Below the pieces are notes generated by a model, which was given only the letters and a program-made list of their open reading frames with translations, searched no databases and had not been told where the DNA came from. From positions 131,068,001-131,132,000 of the forward strand of contig OX597819.1 of assembly GCA_951406725.2 (NCBI GenBank): 64,000 bases of DNA, in the 5' to 3' direction. This DNA is from Octopus vulgaris (lineage: Eukaryota). Positions 52,156 through 64,000 of the stretch are shown one piece after another (within the stretch, counting starts at the first letter, position 1; each line of letters starts with the position of its first letter). The position numbers were made by a program, and so were the translations under genes.

Positions 52156-52296
52156 TATAATAATTGTCAGATGATTTTGCACAATGACAGGCATGAACGC
52201 TCCGCTGGTTGTTCTGCCAATCTTCCCTGATAGCAGCAATTTCGTGTTTGCTCACCAGACACCACCTGACTGTGTGGATGGAGCTTTGGTAAATAT

Positions 52297-52510
52297 CTTT
52301 TATTTGTTTCAGTCATTTGATTGTGGTCATGCTGGGGCACTACCTTGAAGGGTTTTAGTCAAACAAATTGACACCAGGGCTTATTTTTGAAAGCCTGGTA
52401 TTTATTCTGTCAGTCTCTTTTGCCAAATCACTAAGTTACAGGGATGTAAACAAACCACCACCAATTGTCAAGTGGTGGTGGTGGTGGAGGACAAACACAG
52501 ACATAAAGTT

Positions 52511-52543
<33 letters not shown>

Positions 52544-52660
52544 TGCACAACAGGCTTCATTTAGTTTCTGTTTGCCAAATCCACACTCAAGGCTTTAGTC
52601 AGTCCAAGGCTATTGTAGAACATACTTGCCCAAGGTGCCATGAAGTGGGACTGAACTTGA
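52297..52660 (-). mobile_element. SINE family B, partial
   Basis: Similarity to 2752-3133. Confidence 0.75.
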
Positions 52661-52832
52661 AACTTGGGCAAGTATGTATGTGCGTACGTATGTGTGAATT
52701 TGAGTATGGATATATGTATATATGTGTGTGTATCTGCATGTGCCTTGTATATATATTTGTGTAAGAAACCAAGATACTATTTGAAATAAAGTTTTAATAT
52801 TTTATGACAGACGTATTGTAAGAATTGTAGTA

Positions 52833-53204
52833 TCTCTATATATATAAACGGCAAAATGTCTGTCTGTTTGTGTTTGTATCCTTTATACAAATCCACAATT
52901 TTTCAGTTAGAGGGCTCACACTTTCTATGGTCATTCAAAGCCATCCAAGGGTGGTCGTGCATATCTTTACATTACCCCAGTCACCCCGCAAAGCCATTAA
53001 AAAATCAATAGAAGTGACTTTTTTGTGAATTTTCTATCCAAAACCCAATCAAAATGCCCAAAACTTGATACGCCAATTGAATGCCAGCTAGCTGTATGTG
53101 ATTGGTTGGAGATTTGGACAGTACTCACGTGTATGTGCGCACGCACGCAGCTGTATATGCATGCACTAGCACTATGACCTGGCGATGCCGGGTCATAGTA
53201 CTAG
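52833..53204 (+). mobile_element. Non-autonomous Helitron, second family
   Basis: Starts TC(TCTATATATATAAA) and ends CTAG, with the hairpin ACTATGACC..GGTCATAGT just upstream. A|T insertion site. Confidence 0.85.
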
Positions 53205-53213
53205 TATCATTAT

Positions 53214-53490
53214 AATCATCATCACCATCATTATTTAGTGGCCATTTTCATTGATGGCATGGGTTGGACGGTTTGACAGGAGCTGGCCAGCTACAGAACT
53301 GCCCAGATTCTTATTGGTTTTGACATGGCTTCTACTGTTGCATGCCTTTCCTAATGCCCACCACTTCATAGGTTGTAATTGGTGCTTTGTACATGGCACC
53401 AGTATGAGCAGTTTTACGTGACACTGGCAGGGGCACTTTGGCACTCTTATATGGCACCAGTATGGGTGCTTTTAGATGGCACTGGTGCAC
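53214..53490 (-). mobile_element. Old RTE-type 3' tail variant
   Basis: GCATGGGTTGGACGGTTTGAC and GCCTTTCCTAATGCC, plus degenerate tandem units. Confidence 0.65.
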
Positions 53491-54961
53491 CCTTGAAACA
53501 TGGACTTCTCAGCTGAGAGAGGGACATAAAAGACATACCTGCATGGATGTGGTCGTATTAAATGATGAAAGGTGTAACGATTAGAGTTAAAGGATTAAAG
53601 TTAAGAAAAAAAAACAAAATAAAATAAAATAAAATAATCTAGAAAACAACAACAATAATAACAACAACAACAGTAACAACATCTAGGCTCAACTTTTTTT
53701 TTTTCAAAGTAACATCAATGGGATTATCTATATTAATAGAACTCATCCAAAAGGATTACTAAAACCCCTCCCCCTGAAAAGAAAAAAAACACCAAAAGCA
53801 ACAAAACAAAAACAAAACAAAATATGTGAGTACATCATATTAAGGAATGGGGGAAATATATATATGACCAACAGACAGAAGAAAAGAAAAAATAAGAGAA
53901 AAAAAAGGGAAAACATATTAAATCAAATGAAAAAATAGATTTTTTTTATGCACCACCAGAATAGTGAGATTATGTGTAATATTGATTTCTTCTTTAGGGA
54001 ACAAGGTCAACTTTTACAGGGTGGGAGATGGGGGAATAGGGTGGCCGGCATCAGCTGACTCTAACCTCCCCCCCCCCCGACTCAGTTGAACTAATGGTAT
54101 ATGACTGTAACTCTGTGTTGTTTTTTTTTATCCTCTCAATCCCTATTTCAGTTTGATGAGGAAATGGGAATTGGACAAATGGGAATTGGATGAAATTATG
54201 AAGAATTCTGTTGCTGTTGTGGTTTGGATCTCAGACCGAATTTTGAATGAGAAGACCCTTGTGATCAAAGACATTCTGGCTCTGACAATCCAGTCTTTTT
54301 TTTCCTTTTCTTTGTGTGTGTGTGTGTGTGTGTGTAGAGGGTATAGTATACAACTAATTACATTAATGAATATCTTCTCTCATAATTTAAGACAGTAAAT
54401 TATGATTCAAGAGATATTTGGCTGCTGTTTCTTGCAGGTTGAGCAACCATGTTGTGGTGCACCTGAGCACTGTGTACAATAATTTCATTATATATATAAA
54501 GTCTCATTTGGCTTTTGATATTGTTGACTTCTAAATCCAATGTAAGGCTACTTGGAAAGGGATAAAATAAAAAAAGGATAACCCTCTCTGGGGCCAATTA
54601 AATAAGCACCAAAGTTGTCATCATCATCATCAGCAGCAGCAGCACTACTACTCTGACCGCCATCAAAATTATCATGATCACTTTCTTATCATCAAGAGCA
54701 GCAGCAGTAGCAAAGTGGGGGCGCAATGGCTTTCTCATACATGTTCTATAATGCTGTAATACTATTTATCTAAAAGAGTTGCCTCTTCATCTTTGAGAAA
54801 ATACTCCTTCCACATGACGTGTTACAAAAATTATCCAATCACAAGAAGAAGAAACTTTCTCTAACAATATTCCCATCCTAGCATGATAAATAATGTTGAT
54901 TGCTTTACCTTTTGAGATCATATGTATTCATCAATGAGTTTAAACTTTTCTTTGGAAATAT

Positions 54962-55276
54962 TGGCACCTGTGCTGGTGACACATAAAAAGCACCTTCTGT
55001 ATGTGGCCGATGCCAGTGCCGCCTTAACTGGCTTCCGTGTTGGTGGCACGTAAAAACCACCAACGGATCATGACCGTTGCCAGCCTCCCCTGGCACGTAA
55101 AAAAGCACCCACTACACTCACGGAGTGGTTGGCGTTAAGAAGGGCATCCAGCTGTAGAAACACTGCCAGATCATACTGGAGCCGGGTGCAGCCTCTTGGC
55201 TTCCCAGACCCCAGTCGAACCGTCCAATCCATGCTAGCACGGAAAACGGACATTAAATGATGATGATGATGATGAT
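54962..55276 (+). mobile_element. RTE-type 3' tail repeat (family A)
   Basis: Units, core and (GAT)n tail. Confidence 0.85.
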
Positions 55277-56004
55277 CTCTGACAGAAGCTTGCTTTAAAT
55301 TCCAACAGGAAGCTTCTGCCAGATTTGAAGACATAAGCTAAAAGCTGGCTTGCCAGTAACTTACCCAGACAGTTATATTGCCATTATAATCAAAGAGTGA
55401 TCCCTGTCATAGTTTTACACCTGCCTTTCAATGTTTGCATGAATCTGATGCGTTTCCTGATGTGTTGTGTTGTGGCTGTCACCAACTCTTTTACTTATTA
55501 CTTATGGTACTTATTACTTATTACTTATGGTAAATTATGTTTAAAAATTATAAGCGTAACTATTAACAATAAAATGTCTAACCAAGAACTCTGTGAATTT
55601 GCCACTTATATGAGACAAAGTCCAATCCATGCCAGCATAGAACATGGACATTAAATAATAATGATGAGGTGGGTAAAATGGCAGGATCACAGGTATTTGT
55701 TCTGACACTCTGCACTCTGAGGTCACATCCTGTCATGGTCAATTTTACCTTTCATTCTATCAGGGTCAATATAAAAGAACCAATTCTGAGTGTTGGATTG
55801 CAAGAATTGTAAGAACATCAAAGAAAATGTCTTGGAGTAGTTGTCCTATTTGCGTAGAAGACTTAATCTGTCTTCCTGTTTAACTCCACCAAAACTACTA
55901 CAAATGGCACCTTTGGTGCCTTTAATAGAGTCTTTAATTTGGAGATAATATCTTCCCTCTTTCCCACTAATTTTGGAAACTCAGTAAATGATCACAAGTA
56001 CTGC

Positions 56005-56480
56005 TTATCCTCCATCCATCCATCTATTTTTACCTTCCACTATTCCTGGTAGAGCAGCGGGGGTAAAATCCTCAGACACTTCCTCCATTGGGTCCTATCA
56101 GAAGTAACCATCATTACACTTTCCTGCTGGAGTCCCAAGTGTGATCATCTGAGACAATGGATATTGTCCAGTTATCCTATCCTCGGTCTACTCCTAGATT
56201 TCCTGCTGTTTGGTGTGGCTTAAAGAATTTGTTCAGTGATCTCTTCCTGTGACATTCTCACCACATGTCCATAGTACTGGAACTGTGATCTCTTAATGTG
56301 TAGAAGGAATGGTTCAGCATGGAGAGACTCTCCAATATCTTTGAGGGTCTCCTGTTGAGTAACATAACTTAAAAGGTCCTTTGGAGAAACCCCATTTCGG
56401 CCGCTTGTAATTGCTGTTTTACTCTTTTAGTCATTGTACAACATTCACAACCATTGGTAAGGATAGGCACAGAAACCGAA
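56005..56480 (-). mobile_element. Decayed RTE-clade LINE ORF C-terminus
   Basis: VPILTNGCEC..LQAAEMGFL..LLHIKRSQFQYYGHVVRM..RSRPR. Confidence 0.75.
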
Positions 56481-57659
56481 TCGCCTTTCTTCCTGACTGA
56501 AATGGTTTCTTTTAAAAGTCTGCTGTAAACACAACACAGGAAAATTGGTACTTATTCTTTGGCATAGGAAAGAGAGCCAAAAGGAATTCAGTACCGAGTT
56601 CAACGATACCTCAACGATACATCAAAATATTTGTAGCAGAATAACAATTTACATCTAAAATGTCATTAGTATGGTGGGTGCCACTTCTTTTGCAAAGGTA
56701 ATGTAAACGGAAATTTGTAAGCTGAGATGTTAAAAAGCATTATTTTAACATTGACCATTTCGTTTGATTATTACTGTTGCTTAAAAGCCCTTATACAGCA
56801 GATCTCTGGTCAAAAACATTACAGCTTTGACTGTTCTGTCTTTTCTTTTTGGTATTGAAGAGTACATTGTCCAATAAATCTTTTTGTATATGCAAAACAG
56901 TAAGACGTGATTTGAAAGAGATTTGGTTACTATTTCTAACAAGTCGAGCGACCACATTGGTGATCCTGGTTGGTTGAGACAAATGATACTTTCCCCTTTG
57001 CAAATGCGTTCCTACCTCTACATAAAAGAAAAAGAAAGAGCAAATTAGAGTTGAAAGAAAGCAAATCTGAGGAAATTAATAAACGTTATTGAAGTTATCT
57101 GAAAAGCAAGGCAATATTGTTAACAGGAGTCATTTCTCTCTCTTTGGACTAAGACATAAATTTGTGAGGAAGGAGTGTAAGCGATTGATTTATTTTACTG
57201 ACATGAGAGAAATGAAAGCGAAAGTCAATACAGACAGAATTTGAATTCAGAATGTAAAGAGGAAAGTAAATGTCGTAATTTAATGTAGATCTCCACTGTT
57301 TTTAGAACACTGTCGTCCTACCACAGAGTTAATAATAGAGATGGAACGGGCGATTAGATCGAATCAATACTTGACTGCTACTTGCTTTATTGACTCCAGG
57401 AAGATAAAAAGCAAAATCAACTCTGGTGGGGTTTGAACTCAGAACGTAAAGGGACAAGAGATAATACGAATTTCTTTTTATTAATAACAAAAATAAAAAT
57501 CTTCCCAAGCTAATTTTAATAAGTAGACTCCCTTTCCCATGACACCGGTACAAAACTGGGAGTTACCTCCCCTAAAGCCCAAATTTGTCCAATTCCGTCT
57601 CCCAATATTTTAAATACTTTTGTCTCTAAAATAAATCTTGCACCAACAACAAAATGTAA

Positions 57660-58480
57660 AAAGGGTCGTTTTTGGGTAAACGAACACAAGATTGCTTGTG
57701 ATAATGAACTGTGTGACTTTCGACTTGAACGATATCTCTTTTCGTCGGATTTTGAAGGTCGGTTCCTTCATTAATATGATTGTAATTTTTTTCCTTTTAT
57801 TTTAGTTTCATGAACGTTTTGATTGTGATCTTAGCGTGCGTTAATTAATGAGCATACATATATCATTTATATATATCTGTCTTTACGATCATCGAAACCC
57901 GGCCGGTCTAGCACTACCTGCCTTTCCTTCGCCTCGTCATTTCCGGGAAGGGGAGAGAGTAAGAGCGGCACTGAGAGAGAGAGAAGGAGAGGGAGGGAGA
58001 GAGAGAGAGAGAGGCAGAGATAGAGAAAGGGGAGCGAGAGGAGGAGGAGGTCGATGACGGCGAGAAGGAGAGAGAGAGAGAGAAGAGAAAAGAGATAGAA
58101 AGGGGGCAAAGGCAGAGAGGGAGGGGGAGGATTTTTGTTTTATCTGCTTCAGAAGCTCCATAGGTAAAGTGGAAGTGTTGTAAACCTGTTTGTGTCTTGG
58201 CTTCGCCGAGCCTCGTGTGTCTGGTGAGTGCATGTGGATGTCAGATTCATCTGTTAACAGCACCGACTGAAGGCAGAGAAGAAATCTAGCGATTGGAACC
58301 TCGATATTTCTCATTCACACACTTCACATACGCATTGCTTGTTAGACTTTTATAGACACAAACATATATATATATATATATATATATTTGCTGTATATAT
58401 ATATATATATATATATATATGTTTGTATCTACACACGCGTATATGTATACATAACAGTGATATAGATCGACCTGAAGAGA
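57660..58480 (+). promoter_or_regulatory. Probable malectin promoter/5' UTR region
   Basis: CpG dinucleotides are visibly more frequent here than in the flanks. GA-rich tract at 57945-58130 and a consensus donor CTG|GTGAGT at 58223/58224, directly upstream of the CDS. Function is inferred from position. Confidence 0.4.
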
Positions 58481-58483
58481 TAG

Positions 58484-59239
58484 ATGACGTTACGAAGCGA
58501 AGCCTGCACCAACATGTTCATCGCATCGAAATCGAGGAGGACGTCTAGCAGTGGCCGCGACTCCAGGCCCGATTCATCGACACCAATTGCGAAGAGTGTG
58601 GTTAGCAACGATACAGACTACAGTAGTGATATTATTAACATGACATCAGCGGATTCTGCGGCTGTATCTACCATAGATACTGCTGGTACTACGATAATAA
58701 CATCTGCTGCCAGACGCCAACACATGAGAACAGGCAAACCATATGTGTCGCCGTTGACCTCACCTTCCTGGCCGGGCCCACGGGTTTGCAGATCGGGTGT
58801 TCGAACGAATCGTGTGGGTGTCAGGAAAACAGCTAGTGCGGTCGAAAATGTTGGCTTCAACCTGACCAAGATGCTACACCGATTCTGCAGTCCGACAAGT
58901 TCGTCCGTTTTTACCATCCTCTGTCTTATATGTTTGTTGTGCTTCCCTGGTTGTGTCGAGGGCTTAGGCGAAATCACGTGGGCAGTGAACTGTGGCGGTG
59001 GAGTCCACACCGACATCCACGGGATTCGATACCAAGCCGACTACCTCAAGACTGGAATAGCGTCTGATTATGGAAAAAACCTGATGATACAAAGGATCGT
59101 TCCCCAAGACCAGATTCTATACCAAACTGAGAGATATCACACATCAACTTTCGGCTATGAAATTCCTATCAAAGAAGACGGAGACTATGTATTGACGTTG
59201 AAGTTCTGTGAAGTCTGGTTCACATCACCCAACCAAAAG
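58484..59239 (+). CDS. MLEC: Malectin, first coding exon (gene continues beyond window). Signal-peptide start may be ATG 58871
   Basis: Translation contains the malectin N-terminal domain [75 protein letters not shown]. It is preceded by a hydrophobic signal-like segment ([24 protein letters not shown]). Similarity stops at a phase-0 donor AAG|GTACGT (59239/59240). No next exon was found before 64000. Confidence 0.92.
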
Positions 59240-59360
59240 GTACGTCCATCCATGCCATACCGGCTTCTATGTTGTTGTTTTTTTACCCCCTCCTTTTTAC
59301 TGAATCATACCAAGAATGTATTTCCCACTCGATTTCATATATAATACAGTATCAATCGAA

Positions 59361-59555
59361 GATTAAAAAGCAAAGTCATGTAAACTCAGAAAGTAGACAG
59401 ATATATATATTTAAAGATCTGTAATAATTGAAGTTGTATCTCAAAAAATAAATAAACTATTACATTAATAGTTTATTTATTTATTATAGATCTTTAAACC
59501 TATATATGTATATATCTGTCTACTTTCTGAGTTTACATGACTTTGCTTTTTAATC
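59361..59555. repeat. Nested fold-back of about 195 bp in malectin intron 1
   Basis: GATTAAAAAGCAAAGTCATGTAAACTCAGAAAGTAGACAGATATAT pairs with 59510-59555. Inner stem AAATAAATAAACTATTA/TAATAGTTTATTTATTT. Confidence 0.9.
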
Positions 59556-60227
59556 CCATTGGCGGGGGGTGTCGACTCAATCATCTGTGTAATTCTTTCT
59601 CGTGTATTTTCTACCCGGATATCAGTTCACAATTCATTATTTTAAACCGGGTTTAAAATATTGCCTGATTAGCGGATAAGGAGCTAGAATAATACTTGTG
59701 CACCACAACGGAGTATATAATTGCAGATATGAATACACATATCTGCGATCACACACACTACAATCATATATATATATATATATATATAATGTGATGTGTG
59801 TCAATATATGTGCGTATATGGGAGTGCACACTGCTTCTACGTCCTACACTGTTTGTTATTTTGGGGTGGGTGTTATCTCATTAATATTTACAACCTAAAT
59901 ACTAAAACGAATCCAGTGTCCGTCCAAATTGACCATCAAAGATAATCTGTTGCTGATAATAATTTCGTCTCCTCTTACCGTCAGAACAATTTCATAGTAA
60001 CAGCGCAGTCGGACACACATACTTATCACAGGCAGACACACATTCGCTTGTTTGTGTGCTGCCGGCTGTGTTGATTTTTCAGTAAGAGCATTTAGTTAAA
60101 ATGCACGATCTGTAATTGAAATAATGACCTAATTGTATTATTTTTAACTTCTCCACCAGGTTAATATCCAATGAAGGAGTATCAATAAATCAATCTCTCA
60201 ATCTACCTCTTTATCTTTTCCACTCTC

Positions 60228-60278
<51 letters not shown>

Positions 60279-60477
60279 CATATATACATATTTATCTATC
60301 GACACACTTACAATAAAATATCGAGCAGAATAACACAAACGACAGTTTTAATTAAGATTCAGTGCTTGAGGGCAAAAAGGGAAATATAGAGAAATAAGTT
60401 TTAGTCTATAATAATTTGGAAAACACACCCACACACACACCCATATCTCTCCAGTTTCATTGTCTGCATATTCCTGT

Positions 60478-61500
60478 TGGGGACACAGGGGCAGAGTCGT
60501 CAGACGTCTTCCAGAGAATCCTATTAGAAGCAGCTGTCAGCAAATGATCCAGTTGGATCGCCAATCCAATCCATCTCACTCGTCTTCTAGATGTGTAGCC
60601 AGTCGGGCAAGCCCATAAAATCTCTGATGAGATTCTTCCCTCGCACATTCACACCACGTACGTGTAGTACTGGAGCTGTGACCCCTCAATACGAAGAACT
60701 AGCAGTTCAACCTGGAGTGATTCCTTTATCTCTAACCTATGTACCTTACTGAATAACATTCCTCCAGTGACCTCTCAGAGGATATTTATTTTCGTCGCTT
60801 GTATTTGCAATTGGATTCTCTCTGTCACTATTTAAGATTTAAGGGCAGGCATGAAAGCCAAACTGAAGATAGTGAGCCTGGTTTTTTTCACCTCCTTACG
60901 ACCAAGTGCTGAGGCTAGAGCTTTATTGTATCATTGCAACTAATTCAGTCATCTGCCTTCCATTCATAAAAATGATACTTGAACTTCTCCCCACCTTCTT
61001 CACTGCACTTCACCGAGGTGCAAAGTGCACCATGCAGGCAATCTTGAGAAGGCCACTGTCTCTGTCTTTACAACACTAATTTTCTCCCCTACCTCGAGGT
61101 ACAATGATGTTGAACTTATTTAGTTGTATGCTGGAGATCGCCTTCCAAACTGTTCAGTAATTCCATATCATTTGCTGATACCAGATGACTGATGATACAT
61201 CTGCTGTTTTTGAAAGCGTTTTCACCCATACTGCTCACATGCATCCAATTTCTATAAATTTTGAAAACAAGAGATGACAATATGCACCCCTGGCAAGAGT
61301 CCAACAACCTGATTAAAAAGTTTTGACTTAACACCGTTTCTCCAAACACAAACACTAGCGCATTCATAGAAGGACTTCAAAGGAGCAAAAAGCTGCTTTC
61401 AGTACTAAATTCTTGGAAAACTCTCTCTATGGCATGTTCTATGGTATGTAGTCATATTGTCATATGCCTTTTCAAGGTCCAAACAATTTCTTGAAGACTT
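60478..61500 (-). mobile_element. Decayed RTE-clade LINE RT and C-terminus
   Basis: QGCILSSLVF..SHLVSANDMELL..DLQ (YADD-like region) and LRIEGSQLQYY, related to 56005-56480. Confidence 0.7.
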
Positions 61501-61524
61501 GTCACTGTGTAAATATTTGGTTTA

Positions 61525-61789
61525 TGGCACCTGTGCCAGTGGAACGTAAAAAGCACCATCCGTACGTGGTCGATGCCAGCGCCACCTTTACTGGCTTCCG
61601 TGCCGGTGGCACGTAAAAAGCACCCACTACACTCATGGAGTGGTTGGCATTAAGAAGGGCATCCAGCTGTAGAAACACTGCCAGATCAGACTGGAGCCTG
61701 GTGCAGCCTACATGACTTCCCAGACCCCGGTTGAACCGTCCAACCCATGCTAGCATGGAAGGCAGACGTTAAACGATGATGATGATGAT
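61525..61789 (+). mobile_element. RTE-type 3' tail repeat (family A)
   Basis: Two units, core and (GAT)n tail. Confidence 0.85.
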
Positions 61790-61805
61790 AAGTAAATGTA
61801 GAGAT

Positions 61806-62004
61806 TAGACAGGTCAGTATATTTAAACTATATTAAATACATGAAGTACAAAAAGTGTTTATATGTTTATTTACAAAGAAGGTAACCCCTTTAATTCTTG
61901 ATATCATTTCTATTCTATGTAAGTTGGACCCTTTTTGTATATGAACGTATATACATTTTCTATATTTCATGTATTTCATATACTTTATATATTGACCTGT
62001 CTAA
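61806..62004. repeat. Degenerate fold-back of about 200 bp
   Basis: TTAGACAGGTCAGTATAT / ATATATTGACCTGTCTAA ends, with imperfect pairing continuing inward (AAATACATGAA / TTCATGTATTT). Confidence 0.75.
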
Positions 62005-62108
62005 CTTGCTTGTCCCTAAATTTACTTCTCTACTTGCTCAAGTGTAAATCTCTTGAGCACTATTAACTGTATTCTATATGGAGAATATCTGATTCCCGTC
62101 TATGGACT

Positions 62109-63706
62109 GTCATCATCGTTTAACATCCGCTTTCCATGCTAGCATGGGTTGGAGGCATGACTGAGGGCTGGCGAACCAGATGGCTGCACCAGGCTTCAAT
62201 CTTGATCTGGCAGTGTTTCTACAGCTGGATGCCCTTCCTAATGCCAACCACTCCGAGAGTGTAGTGAGTGCTTTTACGTGCCACCTGCACGGGGCCAGTC
62301 AGGCGGCACTGGCAATGACCTTGCTTGAGTCTTTTACACATGCCACCGGCGCAGGTAAGGTGATATATATATATATATATATATATACATACGTACATGA
62401 AACATACAGAAATATATATATATATATATATTAGTTCATTTGTTTTCACTTCTGTCCTTCCATGCATGCCTGAATATGTTATTGAGGCATTGTTTTACAG
62501 TTGGATGCCCTTCCAGTTGCTAAACCTTACTTGTTTTTCTAAAGCTTAAAGCAAGTAGATAATTTGTTGATAAGAGAATTAACGACAACAACAACAACAG
62601 CATTTGTCCCTTGCAACTTTCGTTTGTGTGAGCAAGATATAAACACACACACACTCAATCAAAGGAAAACATTGAACATGGAAAGACAGATGACTACTGC
62701 AAAGTAAATACAAGTTCATGAATATCATCATCATCATCGTTTAACGTCCGTTCTCCATGCTAGCACGGGTCGGACTGTTCGACCGGGGTCTGGGAAGCCA
62801 TGGAGGCTGCACCAGGCTCAAGTCTGATCTGGCAGTGTTTCTACGGCTGGATGCCCTTCCTAACGCCAACCACTCAGTGAGTGGTAGTGGGTGCTTTTTA
62901 CGTGCCACCTGCACAGGTGCCAGGGGAGGCTGGCAGCAGCCACGATCGGCTGGTGCTTTTTATGTGCCACCAGCACAGGTATCACAACTACAATTTCCAC
63001 TTGATATTTATTTTGATGTTGATGTACTTGACTCGATAGGTTTCCTCAAGCACAGCAGGTCACCCTAGGATGAATATATAAGGATAAATTAACCAAGTGG
63101 GTATTGCACGAGCACTCAGTTATAATCTTGGTTCAGGCTAACTACCTACGATTACTTGGAGCGAACAGTCCCGCTGTAATTCATCCAGTGGGTAATCCTG
63201 GTTTCGCTTCACTGGATTATGAATATTTTCAGTAGTATGAATACAGAGATTGGCACATCTCCATATTTTTTATTCTATTTTTATTTTTACAGTTAAATAT
63301 ACAGTATATAATTGGTTTAGACACACACACACACACATGCGTGCACATACATAAATACATTTATACATGGTTCTGTGGTTGAGTAGTTTGGTTTCAGACT
63401 CGGTCCTACTACTGTGTGGCACCTTGGGTTAATGTCTTCTACTTTAGCCCTAGGCTGACCAAACCTTTGTGAATGAAATTGGTAAACTGAAAGAAGCCTG
63501 TCATGTCATGTATCATCATCATCATCGTTTAACGTCCGCTTTCCATGCTAGCATGGGTTGGACGGTTCGACCGGGGTCTGGGAAGCCAGGGGCTGCACCA
63601 GGCTCCAGTCTGATCTGGCAGTGTTTCTACAGTTGGATGCCCTTCCTAACGCCAACCACTCCGTGAGTGTAGTGTGTGCTTTTTTACGTGCCACCGGCAC
63701 AGGTAT
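62109..63706 (-). mobile_element. Three RTE-type 3' tail copies (62109-62364, 62723-63068, 63512-63706)
   Basis: Core and tails. The 62723 copy extends into minus-strand AVLEETYRVK, resembling an RTE ORF end. Confidence 0.85.
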
Positions 63707-64000
63707 GTGTTTGTTAAGTGAATTCATATTTCCCCTGTCTTCGTGTGTGTTCGCACATTGTATACAATTGCATTACTGTTCACACTCAGGGTATTGCTTG
63801 CTTACAGTCAACCACAAAAGCACGTTTGGGTTTCTCAACGTGTCTTGGATATGCTGCACTCTGTAAACAAAAAGGCCCATTCAAATGGTGTTGTTTGTTT
63901 CCAGTTCTCTACATCACTGTGTCTGGTCTGCATCATTATTTGATCAATCATCATCATCGTCATTTAACGTCCACTTTCCAAACTGGGTTAGATAGCTTGA

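Noticed and set aside
58618-59016. 132-aa antisense ORF over malectin
   Set aside because: Shadow of the coding strand with no recognisable motif.
59240-59344. C-terminal 34 aa of the 286-aa ORF
   Set aside because: Read-through into intron 1 past the GTACGT donor. Malectin similarity ends at NQK.

Overview
AT-rich, microsatellite-dense animal genomic DNA. The repeat families suggest a coleoid cephalopod (Octopus-like), but that is my inference and was not checked against a database. Only one host gene is recognisable: the first coding exon of malectin (+, 58484/58871-59239), whose first intron runs off the window end. The rest is a transposon graveyard: about 20 copies of an RTE-type LINE 3' tail, three tRNA-derived SINE families, CR1-like, R4/Dong, I-group (RNase H), RTE and Penelope fragments, non-autonomous Helitrons, Tc1/mariner and hAT relics, three minisatellites, a 1.8-kb (GAA)n tract and a 100-N gap. 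There are no rRNA genes, functional tRNA genes or CRISPR arrays. Most notable observation: the RTE-type tail carries a tandem array of a compact H-type pseudoknot motif, and most copies truncated inside the array begin 0-8 nt upstream of one such unit. Other leads are hammerhead-ribozyme relics, a long in-frame N-terminal extension of malectin, microsatellite-targeted LINEs and several fold-back elements. Repeat boundaries were placed by eye and are approximate.
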